DNA of 64,000 nucleotides from Octopus sinensis (Eukaryota): the NCBI RefSeq assembly GCF_006345805.1, contig NC_042997.1:145142001-145206000 (forward strand), written 5' to 3'. A model generated the notes under the pieces. That model did not search any database, had not been told where the DNA came from, and saw nothing but the letters and a program-made list of their open reading frames with translations. Below, piece by piece: positions 1 to 11,541 of the stretch (its first letter is position 1; every line of letters starts with the position of its first letter). The translations under genes and the position numbers were made by a program.

Positions 1-222
1 AAAGTGCTAAAATTTGAAACCGATATTTAATTAATATGAGTTTTTGAAACATTGAATGGCTATGAGATGGTCCAGCTGAGGAATCAATGCAGCCTGTAGG
101 TTTTCAATAGGAACAATACAAGTTAGCTACGCACATTACCAAATTATTCACAAAACTACTCATTCCATAAATACCAATATCATAGGTAAAAAAAATTACA
201 TGTATACCAAATATACCAGATA

Positions 223-617
223 GGCGCAGGAGTGGTTATGTGGTAAGTAGCTTGCTAACCAACCACATGGTTCCGGGTTCAGTCCCACTGCGTGGCATCT
301 TGGACAAGTGTCTTCTGCTATAGCCCCGAGCCGACCAATGCTTTGTGAGTGGATTTGGTAGACGGAAACTGAAAGAAGCCTGTCGTATATATGTATATAT
401 ATATAAGTGTGTGTGTCTGTGTTTGTCCCCCTAGCATTGCTTGACAACCGATGCTGGTGTGTTTACGTCCCCGTTCCTTAGCGGTTCGGCAAAAGAGACC
501 GATAAAATAAGTACTGGGCTTACAAAGAATAAGTCCCGGGGTCGATTTGCTCGACTAAAGCCGGTGCTCCAGCATGGCCACAGTCAAATGACTGAAACAA
601 GTAAAAGAGTAAAAGAG
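223..617 (+). mobile_element. SINE family A (tRNA-derived head, CORE-like CTTGGGCAAGT segment, internal TA/TG microsatellite), full length
   Basis: Head GGCGCAGGAGTGG..GGTTCAGTCCC with A/B-box-like motifs, 3' end GACTGAAACAAGTAAAAGA. More than 25 related copies in the window. Confidence 0.9.
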
Positions 618-792
618 AGAGAGAGAGATACCAATAATTTCATATACATTCATCGCATATATATCAATATCAATGGGTAAAACATGGCTGAGAAATGCTG
701 GCCTAGCCTTTTCGTTTCCTAAAGGCACTCATAAGGCAGTGAAGGTTAGGTAAAACCATTTATTGCAGAAAGTGATATTACCGGACTTATAT

Positions 793-1006
793 CCTTTTCT
801 ACTCTAGGCACAAGTCCCGAAATTTTGGGGGAGGAGGCCAGTCAATTGGATCGACTCCAGTATGCAACTAGTATTTAATTTATCGACCCCGAAAGGATAA
901 AAGGCAAAGTCGACCATGACGGAATTTGAACTCAGAACGTAAAGACAGACGAAATACCGTTAAGCATTTTGCCTGGCGTGCTAACGTTTCTGCCAGCACG
1001 CCGCCT
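793..1006 (-). mobile_element. SINE family B (head GGCGGCGAGCTGGCAGAAACG), tail type ii
   Basis: B-box-like GAGTTCAAATTCC, tail ..CTTGTGCCTAGAGTAGAAAAG. A short head-tail fusion follows at 1021-1058. Confidence 0.85.
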
Positions 1007-1223
1007 TATTACGGAATCAAATATTCTTTTCTATTCTAGGCACATTCTCGCCGCCTTAACATTACCGCATTTATACGGACAAAGAAATAACAGGTTTGTA
1101 ATGGCTGCATGTTGAAGGATGAATGTAGGACAGAACACTATGTGATATACTCTTTCACTTCAGTTAATCCTAAAGCTTGATACAACCTCACTAAAGTACA
1201 TTGGGTGTATCCTTTATCCCATA

Positions 1224-1625
1224 TCTTTTACTTGTTTCAGTCATCGGCCTGCGGCCATGCTGATGCACCACTTTGGAGGGATTAGTTGAACAAATCCATT
1301 CCATAACTTGTTTCCTTTCTTTCTTATTCTATCGAACTCTTTTGTCGAACTGATATGTCTCAGAGACGTAAACAAACCAACACTGGTTGTCAAGCGGTAG
1401 AAGGCACAAACGAAAGACATAAACGCACGCGCGGGCGCACATCCACACACACGCACACACAGATATATATATGATGTGTTCCCACACAGCTTCCTTCTAG
1501 GAGATTCACTTACAAGACATGAGTCGGCCACGAGGCCACAGTAGAAGACACTTCCCCAAGTTGACGCCCAGTGGGACTGAACCTGAAACCTTGTGGTTGC
1601 AAAGTGAGTTCCTTAACCACACATC
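1224..1625 (-). mobile_element. SINE family A, diverged copy
   Basis: Reverse-complement similarity to 223-617. Confidence 0.75.
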
Positions 1626-1689
1626 CATGAGTCCCTCATTTAATCTATTTAAAGTCGTCTGTTTTATTTTTCTATTATTTATTTACTCT

Positions 1690-2108
1690 TTACTCTTTAC
1701 TCTTTTACTTGTTTCAGTCATTTGACTGCGGCCATGCTGGAGCACCGCCTTTAGTCTAGCAAATCGACCTCGGGACTTATTCTTTGTAAGCCCAGTACTT
1801 ATTCTATCGGTCTCTTTTTTGCCGAACCGCTAAGTGACGGGGACGTAAACACACCAGCATCGGTTGTCAAGCAATGCTAGGGGGACAAACACAGTAGACA
1901 CACAAACACACACATACATATACATATGTATATATACATATATACGACAGGCTTCTTTCAGTTTCCGTCTACCAAATCCACTCACAAGGCATTGGTCGGT
2001 CCGAGGCTATAGCAGAAGACACTTGCCCAAGATGCCACGCAGTGGGACTGAACCCGGGACCATGTGGTTGGTTAGCAAGCTACTTACCACACAGCCACTC
2101 CTACGCCT
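1690..2108 (-). mobile_element. SINE family A, full length
   Basis: High reverse-complement identity to 223-617. Confidence 0.9.
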
Positions 2109-2434
2109 ATTTATTTATTTTATTTATTTATTTTTTATTTATTTATTTATTTATTATTTATTTATTTATTTATTTATTTTGATCAGGTTTGTTCCTTTAG
2201 AAGGGAGTATGTTTTTATGGAGAAATTTAGTTGAATACTTTTTGAGTATTATTGTTAATGTGAGTTTTGGAGTTTGTTTCGGTCACAATTAAAAGCAAGA
2301 TTGAAGGGCTTCGAAGACTTATTTGTATCTGGGTATTCTATATTTCATCTGTTCTGGTATACAAGTTCTTTATAGTCTGGAACTTTTGTATGTATACGTA
2401 TCTTATTCGATTAATGCTTGTTTTTATTTACGTT

Positions 2435-2491
<57 letters not shown>

Positions 2492-2554
2492 ATTGTTTGT
2501 TCAGTTTCGGTTGTTGTTTTTTAGTTTGATTCTTAAGGATATCAATTTCATCTT

Positions 2555-2910
2555 GTGTGTTTTGTTCCAAAGAATCTCAACAAGTGCCTCGGAGGAAGAA
2601 ATATTCAAACAAACAGCACCATTCTACAACAAAACCATAAAAGCTCAAAGAAAAACTACGATACATTCACAAAGTCCCAGCCCGGACAATAAGCATAAAA
2701 AATAGATATCACCTGGTGCAATCCACTCTTCAGCCCAAACGTCTCAAGAAACGTTGTACATATACTCATAGCACTAATCAGTAAACGTTTCCCATCAGTG
2801 CACAAATAACACAAATTATTTGATAGAAACAATACAAAAGTTAGCTAAACACATTACCAAATTACTTACAAAAGTTACTCATTCCATGTATACCAATATC
2901 AATTATAATA
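2555..2910 (+). mobile_element. Penelope-like element remnant (RT C-terminal region)
   Basis: Broken frames read RISTSASEEEIFKQTAPFYN and DITWCNPLFSPNVSRNV...LISKRFP..HK*HKLFDRNNTKVS, like the PLE motif IxWFNPPFSxNVxTN...FNRNxxKVSYS. 2822-2900 recurs at about 105-185. Confidence 0.7.
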
Positions 2911-3069
2911 GGACATTATATTCACCAAATTCTTCTTTAAACACATACCTCCTTCTAATGAGACAAGCTCCCCCCACCCCTACAAAAACAGCAACTTTAA
3001 TTAAGCTAACAGATAAATTCAATATTTTCCCATAAAAATATAATATTTACCCTATGAAAAAAATTTCTC

Positions 3070-3195
3070 GAGGTTCAGTCCCACTGCGTGGCACCTTGGA
3101 CAAGTGCCTTCTACTAGAGCCTCGGGCCGACCAAAGCTTTGTGAGTGGATTTGGTAGACGGAAACTGAAAGAAGCCCGTCGTATATATGTATATT

Positions 3196-3249
<54 letters not shown>

Positions 3250-3451
3250 TGTGTCTGTGTTCGTGTGTCTGTGTTTGTCCCCCCAACATCGCTTGACAAT
3301 CGATGCTGGTGTGTTTACGTCCCCGTAACTTAGCGGTTCGGCAAAAAAGAGACCGATAGGCTTACAAAGAATAAGTCCTGGGGTTGATTTGCTCGACTAA
3401 AGGCGGTGTTCCAGCATGGCCGCAGTCAAATGACTGAAACAAGTAAAAGAG
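3070..3451 (+). mobile_element. SINE family A, 5'-truncated
   Basis: Starts at GGTTCAGTCCC and ends at ACAAGTAAAAGA. Confidence 0.88.
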
Positions 3452-3534
3452 CATTGAAATTTTTTTCAACATTTTTCCCTAATAAAAACAAAATAATATA
3501 CAGACATCTCAATACGGGCGCGTGCACACACATT

Positions 3535-3567
3535 CACACACACACAACAACAACACAACAACAACAA

Positions 3568-3619
<52 letters not shown>

Positions 3620-3629
3620 AGCAGCAAGC

Positions 3630-3667
<38 letters not shown>

Positions 3668-3669
3668 AC

Positions 3670-3715
<46 letters not shown>

Positions 3716-3753
3716 CCAACAACACAACAACAACAAACAACAACAACAACAAC

Positions 3754-3832
<79 letters not shown>

Positions 3833-3833
3833 A
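3535..3833. repeat. Compound trinucleotide microsatellite (CAA)n(CAT)n(CAG)n(CAA)n
   Basis: Directly visible. Generates the poly-Q/H/T/N/C/L ORFs at 3406-3915. Confidence 0.98.
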
Positions 3834-4589
3834 TCAAACGAACAAGTCTTTGAACCTTAACAGTAACCAAAACAGAATTCAAAATATATATTAAAGACAC
3901 TTGCAAAACATTCACTCATCCATGAAGACTAATATCAACAGCCATGAAAAACAGTAGGAAACCTATGCCTCGTTCTATTGAAAAGGAAGACAGACTTGCT
4001 CAAAGGAACGAAAATTTGAATAACTTTAATTACATTAACATAACAAAGAAATTCAACAAATAAGCAATCCAATAAAAAAATAAACAACAAAACGAAATAA
4101 AAACAGACATAAAACAAAAAATACAGAAAGCACGCCTTGCAATAATTAAACATCATACCTAGGAACATGCAACAGTCACGAACTTATACAAATGCACTGA
4201 TTCACCTTATCTGGGTTTTGTCACTTTAATCGAATTGTATTTCCTACCAATTCGCACCTCAATTACATTCATGATTTTTTTCTCTCTCTCTCTCTCTCGT
4301 TTATATTTTTGCATGCGCTGTAACAAGACAACTAGTTTTTGCCAACGCAAAACGACATCACTTTCATTGGATTCTACTTGTTTTACTATCTGGCGTGGAT
4401 TTTTCGTCTACTACTGCTACTGTTGGACCTAACGTGTGAGGTATAATATATTGCCTTTTATTGAAAATGATTGGAAAGAGAGAATCTGCGGGACGGAATC
4501 CTAAAAAAAATTACGTTCGGTGAATAACCATATTTTACGAAGGTTTTTTACACTGGAGAAAACTCAGCCACTTTGTAATATTCAGGTCT

Positions 4590-5115
4590 GTAACGTCTAT
4601 ACAAGGGTAAAGACGCCTTCGGTCATGAATGACCGTGGGATTGCATCTAGAAAGTTCCCCTCTGTGGCACAAGTCCAGGCAAGTGTGTTTTTGGAAGACC
4701 ACCAGTTGCCCATGGATACCAGGTTCCCTTCTCCACGCCACTGATGTTGTCCAAGGGAAAGGCAAAAACCGATACAGCTTGGCACTAGTGATCACAACAC
4801 CTTTCTTATTTCTTTGTTGCCCACAAGGGGCTAAACACAGAGGGGACAAACAAAGACAGACGAAGGGATTAAGTCGATTACATCGACCCCAGTGCGTAAC
4901 TGGTACTTAATTTATCGACCCCGAAAGGATGAAAGGCAAAGTCAACCTCGGCGGAATTTGAACTCAGAACGTAAAACCGCTAAGCATTTCGCCCGGCGTG
5001 CTAACGTTTCTGCCAGCTCCCCGCCTTTCACAACACAACATTATTTCTACAGCTGAATGAACTGGAGCAACGTTAAATAAAGTGTCTTGCTCAACAACAC
5101 AACACAGCCCGGTCA
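4590..5115 (-). mobile_element. SINE family C copy interrupted by a family B SINE
   Basis: 4590-4800 plus 5037-5115 match the reverse complement of 44762-45105. Confidence 0.8.
4801..5027 (-). mobile_element. SINE family B, tail type i, with 9-bp TSD TCACAACAC
   Basis: TSD at 4792-4800 and 5028-5036. Confidence 0.9.
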
Positions 5116-6462
5116 ATAAATGACAACAAAAAAAATGAAATTAAGCCAATTTCTCAAGCAGCCACTCATTCAACTGAGCGGACGGTATTTTTCGTAGATC
5201 CGAAATGATGCTTAAAGTGAAACGTGTGTTGTGCGTGTTGATAGGCGATCAAACTGGATATAAAGTGTCGATAATGACGATTATCGATTAAATCAATCTT
5301 TTATATTTTACTTGTTTCTGTCATTAGACTTCGGCTGTGGTGGGGTATTACCTTGAAGAATTTTAGTCGAACGAATTGACCACAGCAGCTTTGTCTTCTT
5401 TTTAGCCCGGTATTTATCCTATCGGTTTTTTGCCGAACCGCTAAGTCCCAGGGACGTAAACACACTAACACCAATTGTCATAGCTGGTTTAGCGAAATGC
5501 TAATTCGTAAATTAAAAATTAATATAAAGAGTATTAGCATTTTGCTAAATCGGCCATAAATTTCTACAGTAAGAATATATATACTGACAGCCGGAATTAG
5601 CCAAATCATCGAGCGTTTGAGTAGTCAGTACTAACGAGCCAACGACTGTTTGTCGCAACTAATCTAGTCTAGTGATCCGAGAGACGCTCATGCAGTGGTT
5701 ATCTCTCCTCTCAGTGTATATATATTGCGTGCTTCTTACAGCATTAAGAGTTTCTAGTTTGTTTTTTTTTATTTCTTACAATATAAGTGTTTCGGCACCC
5801 TCAGTCACAATTAGCGACGATAAAATGTTTCCTTTATGACACCATATTGCGCCTAGCTGGGGTTTTTTTTTTTGCATGTCATTGATGAGATTATGAATTG
5901 CTACCAAAAAACTTAAATGACTGATCAAGTGACCTAACAATTAATCAACCAATCGATTAGTCAATTGGTTAACTGGTTAACCAGTTGACTAATGATAGTA
6001 AAAGAAATGAAACAGAATCAGTGCATGTATTTATCATTGGCATAATTTGAAGTCATTAGTGTATAGTTTACGACACTCGCGCTATCGAATACAAACGAAA
6101 AAACATAGACACGTATTCATGCATACATTCATAGAAACACTTCGCACATCACACAATATCTATGCTAAGAAATTTCCCCGAGAAACCAATTAAAGTCAAC
6201 GTAGTTTATCTATAAACTTTCAGTCAACAATACCTTGAAGCTAACTTGTAAACAACTAAATATTTGATTTCACCTCATGTGTGCAATTTTTAAGAAACTG
6301 GCTTTGACTTCGTGTTTACAGTCAGGAATGCCTTACGGCGATCCTTTTTGTTTATGCCATTCTTCGTGATAGGAAATATTTGTCTCTACACTTTATTTGG
6401 AGTTCTACGTCAGATAACGATTATTCACTGAATAACATACAGGTATGTAGATTAAATTCCCG

Positions 6463-6510
<48 letters not shown>

Positions 6511-6511
<1 letters not shown>

Positions 6512-6949
6512 TCTTTCTTTACTCTTTTACTTGTTTCAGTCATTTGACTGTGGCCATGCTGGAGCACCGCCTTTAGTCGAGCAAATCGACCCCAGGATTT
6601 ATTCTTTGTAAGCCTAGTACTTATTCTATCGGTCTCTTTTGCCGAACCGCTAAGTTATGGGGACGTAAACTCACCAGCATCGGTTGTCAAGTGATGTTGG
6701 GGGGACACAGACACACAAACATACACACACACGCACACACACACATACACACACACACACATACATACATATATATATACTATATACGACGAGATTCTTT
6801 CAGTTTCCGTCTACCAAATCCACTCTCAAGGCTTTGGTCGGCCCGAGGCTATAGTAGAAGACACTTGTCCAAGGTGCCACGCAGTGGTACTGAACCCGGA
6901 ACCATGCGGTTCGTAAGCAAGCTACTTACCAAACAGCCACTCCTACGCC
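6511..6949 (-). mobile_element. SINE family A, full length
   Basis: Near-consensus reverse complement. A more diverged copy follows at about 6962-7575. Confidence 0.9.
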
Positions 6950-7303
6950 TATATATATAAAATCTTTTATTTGTTTGTCATTAGACTGCGACCATGCTGG
7001 AGCATTGTTGCATTGGAGGATTTTTAGTCGAATGTATCGATTCCAGTACTTACTGTTATTTTTTTTAAAGCCTGGTATTCATTTTTATCAGTCTCTTTTG
7101 CCGAACCGCTAGCCTACGTGAACGTAAAGACACCAACACCGGTTGTCAAGCGGTGATAGGGAACAAACACAGACACAAACGCACACACACACACACACAT
7201 ATATATATATGTGCTTGTAGTGATAAATTACATGGTTATTGACGTTATGTCTATTTTGGCATTAGAAATTTTTTCTTTTGCCCTTACTTATAAATATATA
7301 TAA

Positions 7304-7355
<52 letters not shown>

Positions 7356-7368
7356 CATACACACACAC

Positions 7369-7428
<60 letters not shown>

Positions 7429-7624
7429 GCGCGCGCGCGCGTGAGACAAGCTTCTCACAGTTTCCGTCTACCAAATCCATTCACAACGCTTTCGTCGGCC
7501 CGAGACTACATCAGAATACTCTAAACCTGTAATCATGTGGTTCGGAAGCAAAGTTCTTACTACACACCCACGCCTGCGCGTGGCTACACAGAGAGAGAGA
7601 GAGAGAGAGGAATTTGTTTACCAA

Positions 7625-7960
7625 CACCATGTTTCCGACTTCAGTCCCACTGCGTGGCACCTTCGACGAGTATTTTCTACTAAAGCCTCGGCTCGATCAC
7701 AACCTTGTGAGTGCATTTCGTTGACGAAGACTGAAAGAAAATTTTGTGTGTGTGTGATTGTGTGTATATGTGTGGGTGTGTGTATCTATGTCTGTGCCTG
7801 TGTCTGTCTGTCTGTCAGTCTGTGTGAGTGTGTATCTATATCTGTGTTTGTCTGTGCTTGTTCCCAACTACCGCTTCATAGCCGGTATTAGTGTGTTTTC
7901 GGCCCTGTGACTTGGTGATTCGAAAAGAAAAAGAAAAAAAATAGAATAAGTACGAAGCTT
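7625..7960 (+). mobile_element. SINE family A, diverged
   Basis: TTCAGTCCCACTGCGTGGCACC...AATAGAATAAGTAC. Confidence 0.7.
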
Positions 7961-7974
7961 TAAAAAAAAGTAAT

Positions 7975-8376
7975 GGATCTTTTCGGTTTGAACGGCAGTT
8001 TTTAAAAATAATTTCCACGTAACTAAACACTTTTAAACTTCGTATACTGGTAGAATGTGTTTATAAAACATCTTTTTCTCTTGCCTTTATTGAGAACATT
8101 CTATAGTTTGTAAGATATTCGTTTTTTTTCTTCAGTTTCTGCAGTTTCAACCAATCAATGACGTCTATTGAGGTAAAAACATTCTGTACCGTATGAATAT
8201 GTCCCTCGTTTAAGAAACAGATTGGGTTTATTTACATTTCTGAAGAAAAAAAGATACCCTTCCCCCCACCCTAACCCTAAAACAGATTGAAATGCACTAG
8301 ATCGATACTAGGGTCATAATTATGGGTGACAATTTCATATGACACCGCTAGAAAAACTGCCGTTCAAACTGAAAAG
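7975..8376. mobile_element. MITE with ~29-bp TIR GGATCTTTTCGGTTTGAACGGCAGTTTTT (Merlin-like), copy 1
   Basis: TIR at both ends (right end lacks the last 4 nt). Reverse-complement match to 11119-11541. Confidence 0.85.
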
Positions 8377-8448
8377 TGGTTGATTCCTTCGATTAAAGTT
8401 TTTCTATATAGTGTTTCATTATGGCCGTGGTTTGATGATTGAAACTAG

Positions 8449-8513
<65 letters not shown>

Positions 8514-8521
8514 CGTGTTTG

Positions 8522-8554
<33 letters not shown>

Positions 8555-8946
8555 CTAATATACTCGAGCACGTACGTGTATTCATATTTACGTCAGCCTC
8601 GTACGTATATCGGTAGTTTACGTATACTATTAAGACCTAAACAATTTTAATGCTATCTCCCTCATTTCCTATTCTTTAACAAAGTAAGATACGTACTTAC
8701 TAAGGTTCGGAATTTATTTCAAACCTGATTTTTACCGACCATCACTCACCAACCATTTCTGGTTTCTGATTTTAATTACTACTCTTCGTTAAAATAAAAT
8801 GCGAAAGGCAGTATTGTAGAAAATAAAGACAGTCGTTACCTACATATTTATTGAAAGTATTTTGTTAATTTACGTTTGCTCCAACAACTGTGGCATGGGA
8901 AACAGAAACGATATCGAGTTGTATTTATTATTACACAGTAAGAATG

Positions 8947-8977
<31 letters not shown>

Positions 8978-9161
8978 TGTGTGTGAAAAGGGCGGGCGTT
9001 GTCTCACAAGCAGTTGTGCAGCCAAAAGTGTTAGTAAATGTGGTCGGATTGACCTGAAAATGTGCTCAATTGAAAGGCGTGGTCTCTAGGGCAAAATGCC
9101 TCATCTTTAAAATGTGGCCCGAGTACACCCGAATGAAATCGGGTTATAATACTAATACATA

Positions 9162-9348
9162 TGGGCGCAGGAGTGGCTGTGTGTAGGTAGCTTGCTTACC
9201 AACCACATGCTTCCGGGCTCAGTACCACAGCGTGGCAATATGGGCAAGTATCTTCTACTATAGCCTCGGACCGATCAAAGCCTTGTGAGTGCATTTGGTA
9301 GACGGAAACTGAAAGAAGACCATCGTATGTATGTATGTGTGTGTGTGT

Positions 9349-9391
<43 letters not shown>

Positions 9392-9545
9392 ATGTGTATT
9401 TGTGCTTGTCCCCCAACATCGCTTAACTACTGAATAAGTACTAGGATTACAAAGAGTTAGTCTTGGGGTCGATTTGCTCGACTAAAAGGCGGTGCTCCAG
9501 CATGGCTGCAGTCAAATGACTGAAACAAATAAAAGAATAGAAGAA
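9162..9545 (+). mobile_element. SINE family A
   Basis: Head GGGCGCAGGAGTGGCTGTG, 3' GACTGAAACAAATAAAAGA. Confidence 0.88.
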
Positions 9546-9546
9546 T

Positions 9547-9578
<32 letters not shown>

Positions 9579-9582
9579 ACAC

Positions 9583-9615
<33 letters not shown>

Positions 9616-11118
9616 ATATATGCAGAATACATACATACAGATGCACACACATACATACATACATATATACATGTGCATGCACACACATATATACATACAC
9701 ACACATGCATACATACATTACATACACACATACATACATACGTACATGCATGTGTAGCGAAGACGCTTAAGGAAAAATCCTCTCTCTCTCTGTTATACAT
9801 ACATAAATACGGACGTAGTAGATAACAGCTAGCCTCGGCTGCTCTTTTGGACCCTGTTGTGTCCACTACACTGTTGGTTAGTATTGGTGCACTTTTGTCA
9901 CATTCTCTGTTACGCGCCAATGTGCAACTCAACCAATCGAAGCCTTCTGATAAGGTCACAAACACCTTCCACGCTGCAATTGTTTTTTGTTTCAGCACAC
10001 AATCTCAGATCAGGTCACTTGCTATGCAAGTACATCTCCGTAATATATATACACATCGTGAAGTATGTTTGCCACCTAAATGTGACTGACACATATGGGA
10101 CGATACTACTGTAGTTTATAGCTCCAGGAAGACACACTATCAGTGCCTGATCAGTATTTGCGAAGGGAAATCATCATTCCCATCTCTAGCCTTACGCGAT
10201 ACACACGGATTCGGGATGAGAAGTGATTCCGAACGCAAAATACTATATGCTTTTTCCAGTGACAAACCGTCGTTGTTGATCTCGAAATATATATAAAGAA
10301 AAAAGAACAAAAAAACTTTGTTTATTGAGAAGACAAGTTGGTTTGGAGAGTTAGCCAATTAACTAGGGGAAACAACTCTGCAAAGGGTAGTACAATGACT
10401 TATCTCCCCTGAACTAAAATACTACAACGGCTGTTTATCATGGCTAAACAACTACAGTTTAGAAGAAGATGATGATGATGACGACGACTTACTATGGTTT
10501 TAAATTAAGCTTTTTTTTCCCATTTATATGGAGTTACACTACAGTAACTGTTATGTCAATATTTTGTAACCTTCTAAAAACACGTAAATAACAGTTGCAA
10601 GCAACTCCTTATGCCAGTTTCTTTCGGTCCTTTACGTTTTGACTTCAAATGTCCCTCTTATGTCTCCCCGCCATATTTTAACTTTGTCTTTCATAATTGC
10701 GAGATTGAGAAATTTAAAATATCGGTCAAATTGCGAAGAAGTAGCATTGAATAAAATACGTTCATGTAAAGTCGATGTAATACGTTCAAGCACGTCCAGA
10801 AGTGAGAAAATCTTGCTCTTCTGCATTTCAATGACATCCAAATGTGTTTTCACACAGTCCAAATGTGTTTTCACACATCGTCTATGAAGAGAATTTTCTT
10901 CCGAGACTATTCTTGCGGTGATAGGTCTTCTCACGTCTGAATACTCTCGAAAATGTTCAATATGACTTCATACGAATATATTTTATTCAAAGCTGCTTCG
11001 CCCGAGTTTATTATTCATTAATTCTAACTTGATCAAGCTTTATGTACATCAGCAAATATAAATTGTGTCCTGTTCTAATAAGACTGAATTCCTTGTCGCG
11101 ATGAGAATGATAGTTATT

Positions 11119-11541
11119 GGATATTTTCGGTTTGAACGGCAGTTTTTTTCTAGCGGTGTCATATGAAATTGTTACCCATAATTATGACCCTAGTATCGAT
11201 CTATTGCATTTCAATCTCTTTTAGGGTTAGGATTAGGGTTAGGGGTGGGGGGAAGGGTATCTTTTTTTCTTCACAAATGTAAATAAACCCAATCTGTTTC
11301 TTAAACGAAGGACATATTCATACGGCACAGAAGGCTTTTTACGTCAATACACGTCATTGATTGGTTGAAATTACAGAAATTGAAGAAAAAAACAACGAAT
11401 ATCTTATAAACTATAGAATTTTCTCAATAAAGCCAAGAGAAAAAGATGTTTTATAAACACATTCTACCAGTATACGAAGTTTAAAATTTTTTAGTTACCT
11501 AGAAATTATGTTAAAAACTGCCGTTCAAACCGAAAAGATCC
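11119..11541. mobile_element. MITE (Merlin-like), copy 2, with 8-bp TSD TAGTTATT
   Basis: TSD at 11111-11118 and 11542-11549, GG...CC termini, no ORF. Confidence 0.88.

Noticed and set aside
223-300. tRNA genes at SINE heads
   Set aside because: A/B-box-like motifs are present, but there is no complete cloverleaf and they run directly into SINE bodies.
3406-3915. Long poly-Q/H/T/N/C/L ORFs
   Set aside because: Open in several frames on both strands only because triplet repeats lack stops. They start inside a SINE and have no splice support.
4290-4440. Signal-peptide-like frame (HWILLVLLSGVDFSS)
   Set aside because: No in-frame ATG, ends in a stop, and is not phase-compatible with the 6322 candidate exon.
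11222-11256. Telomere or interstitial telomeric array
   Set aside because: Only 3-4 imperfect TTAGGG units, inside a MITE and present in both copies.
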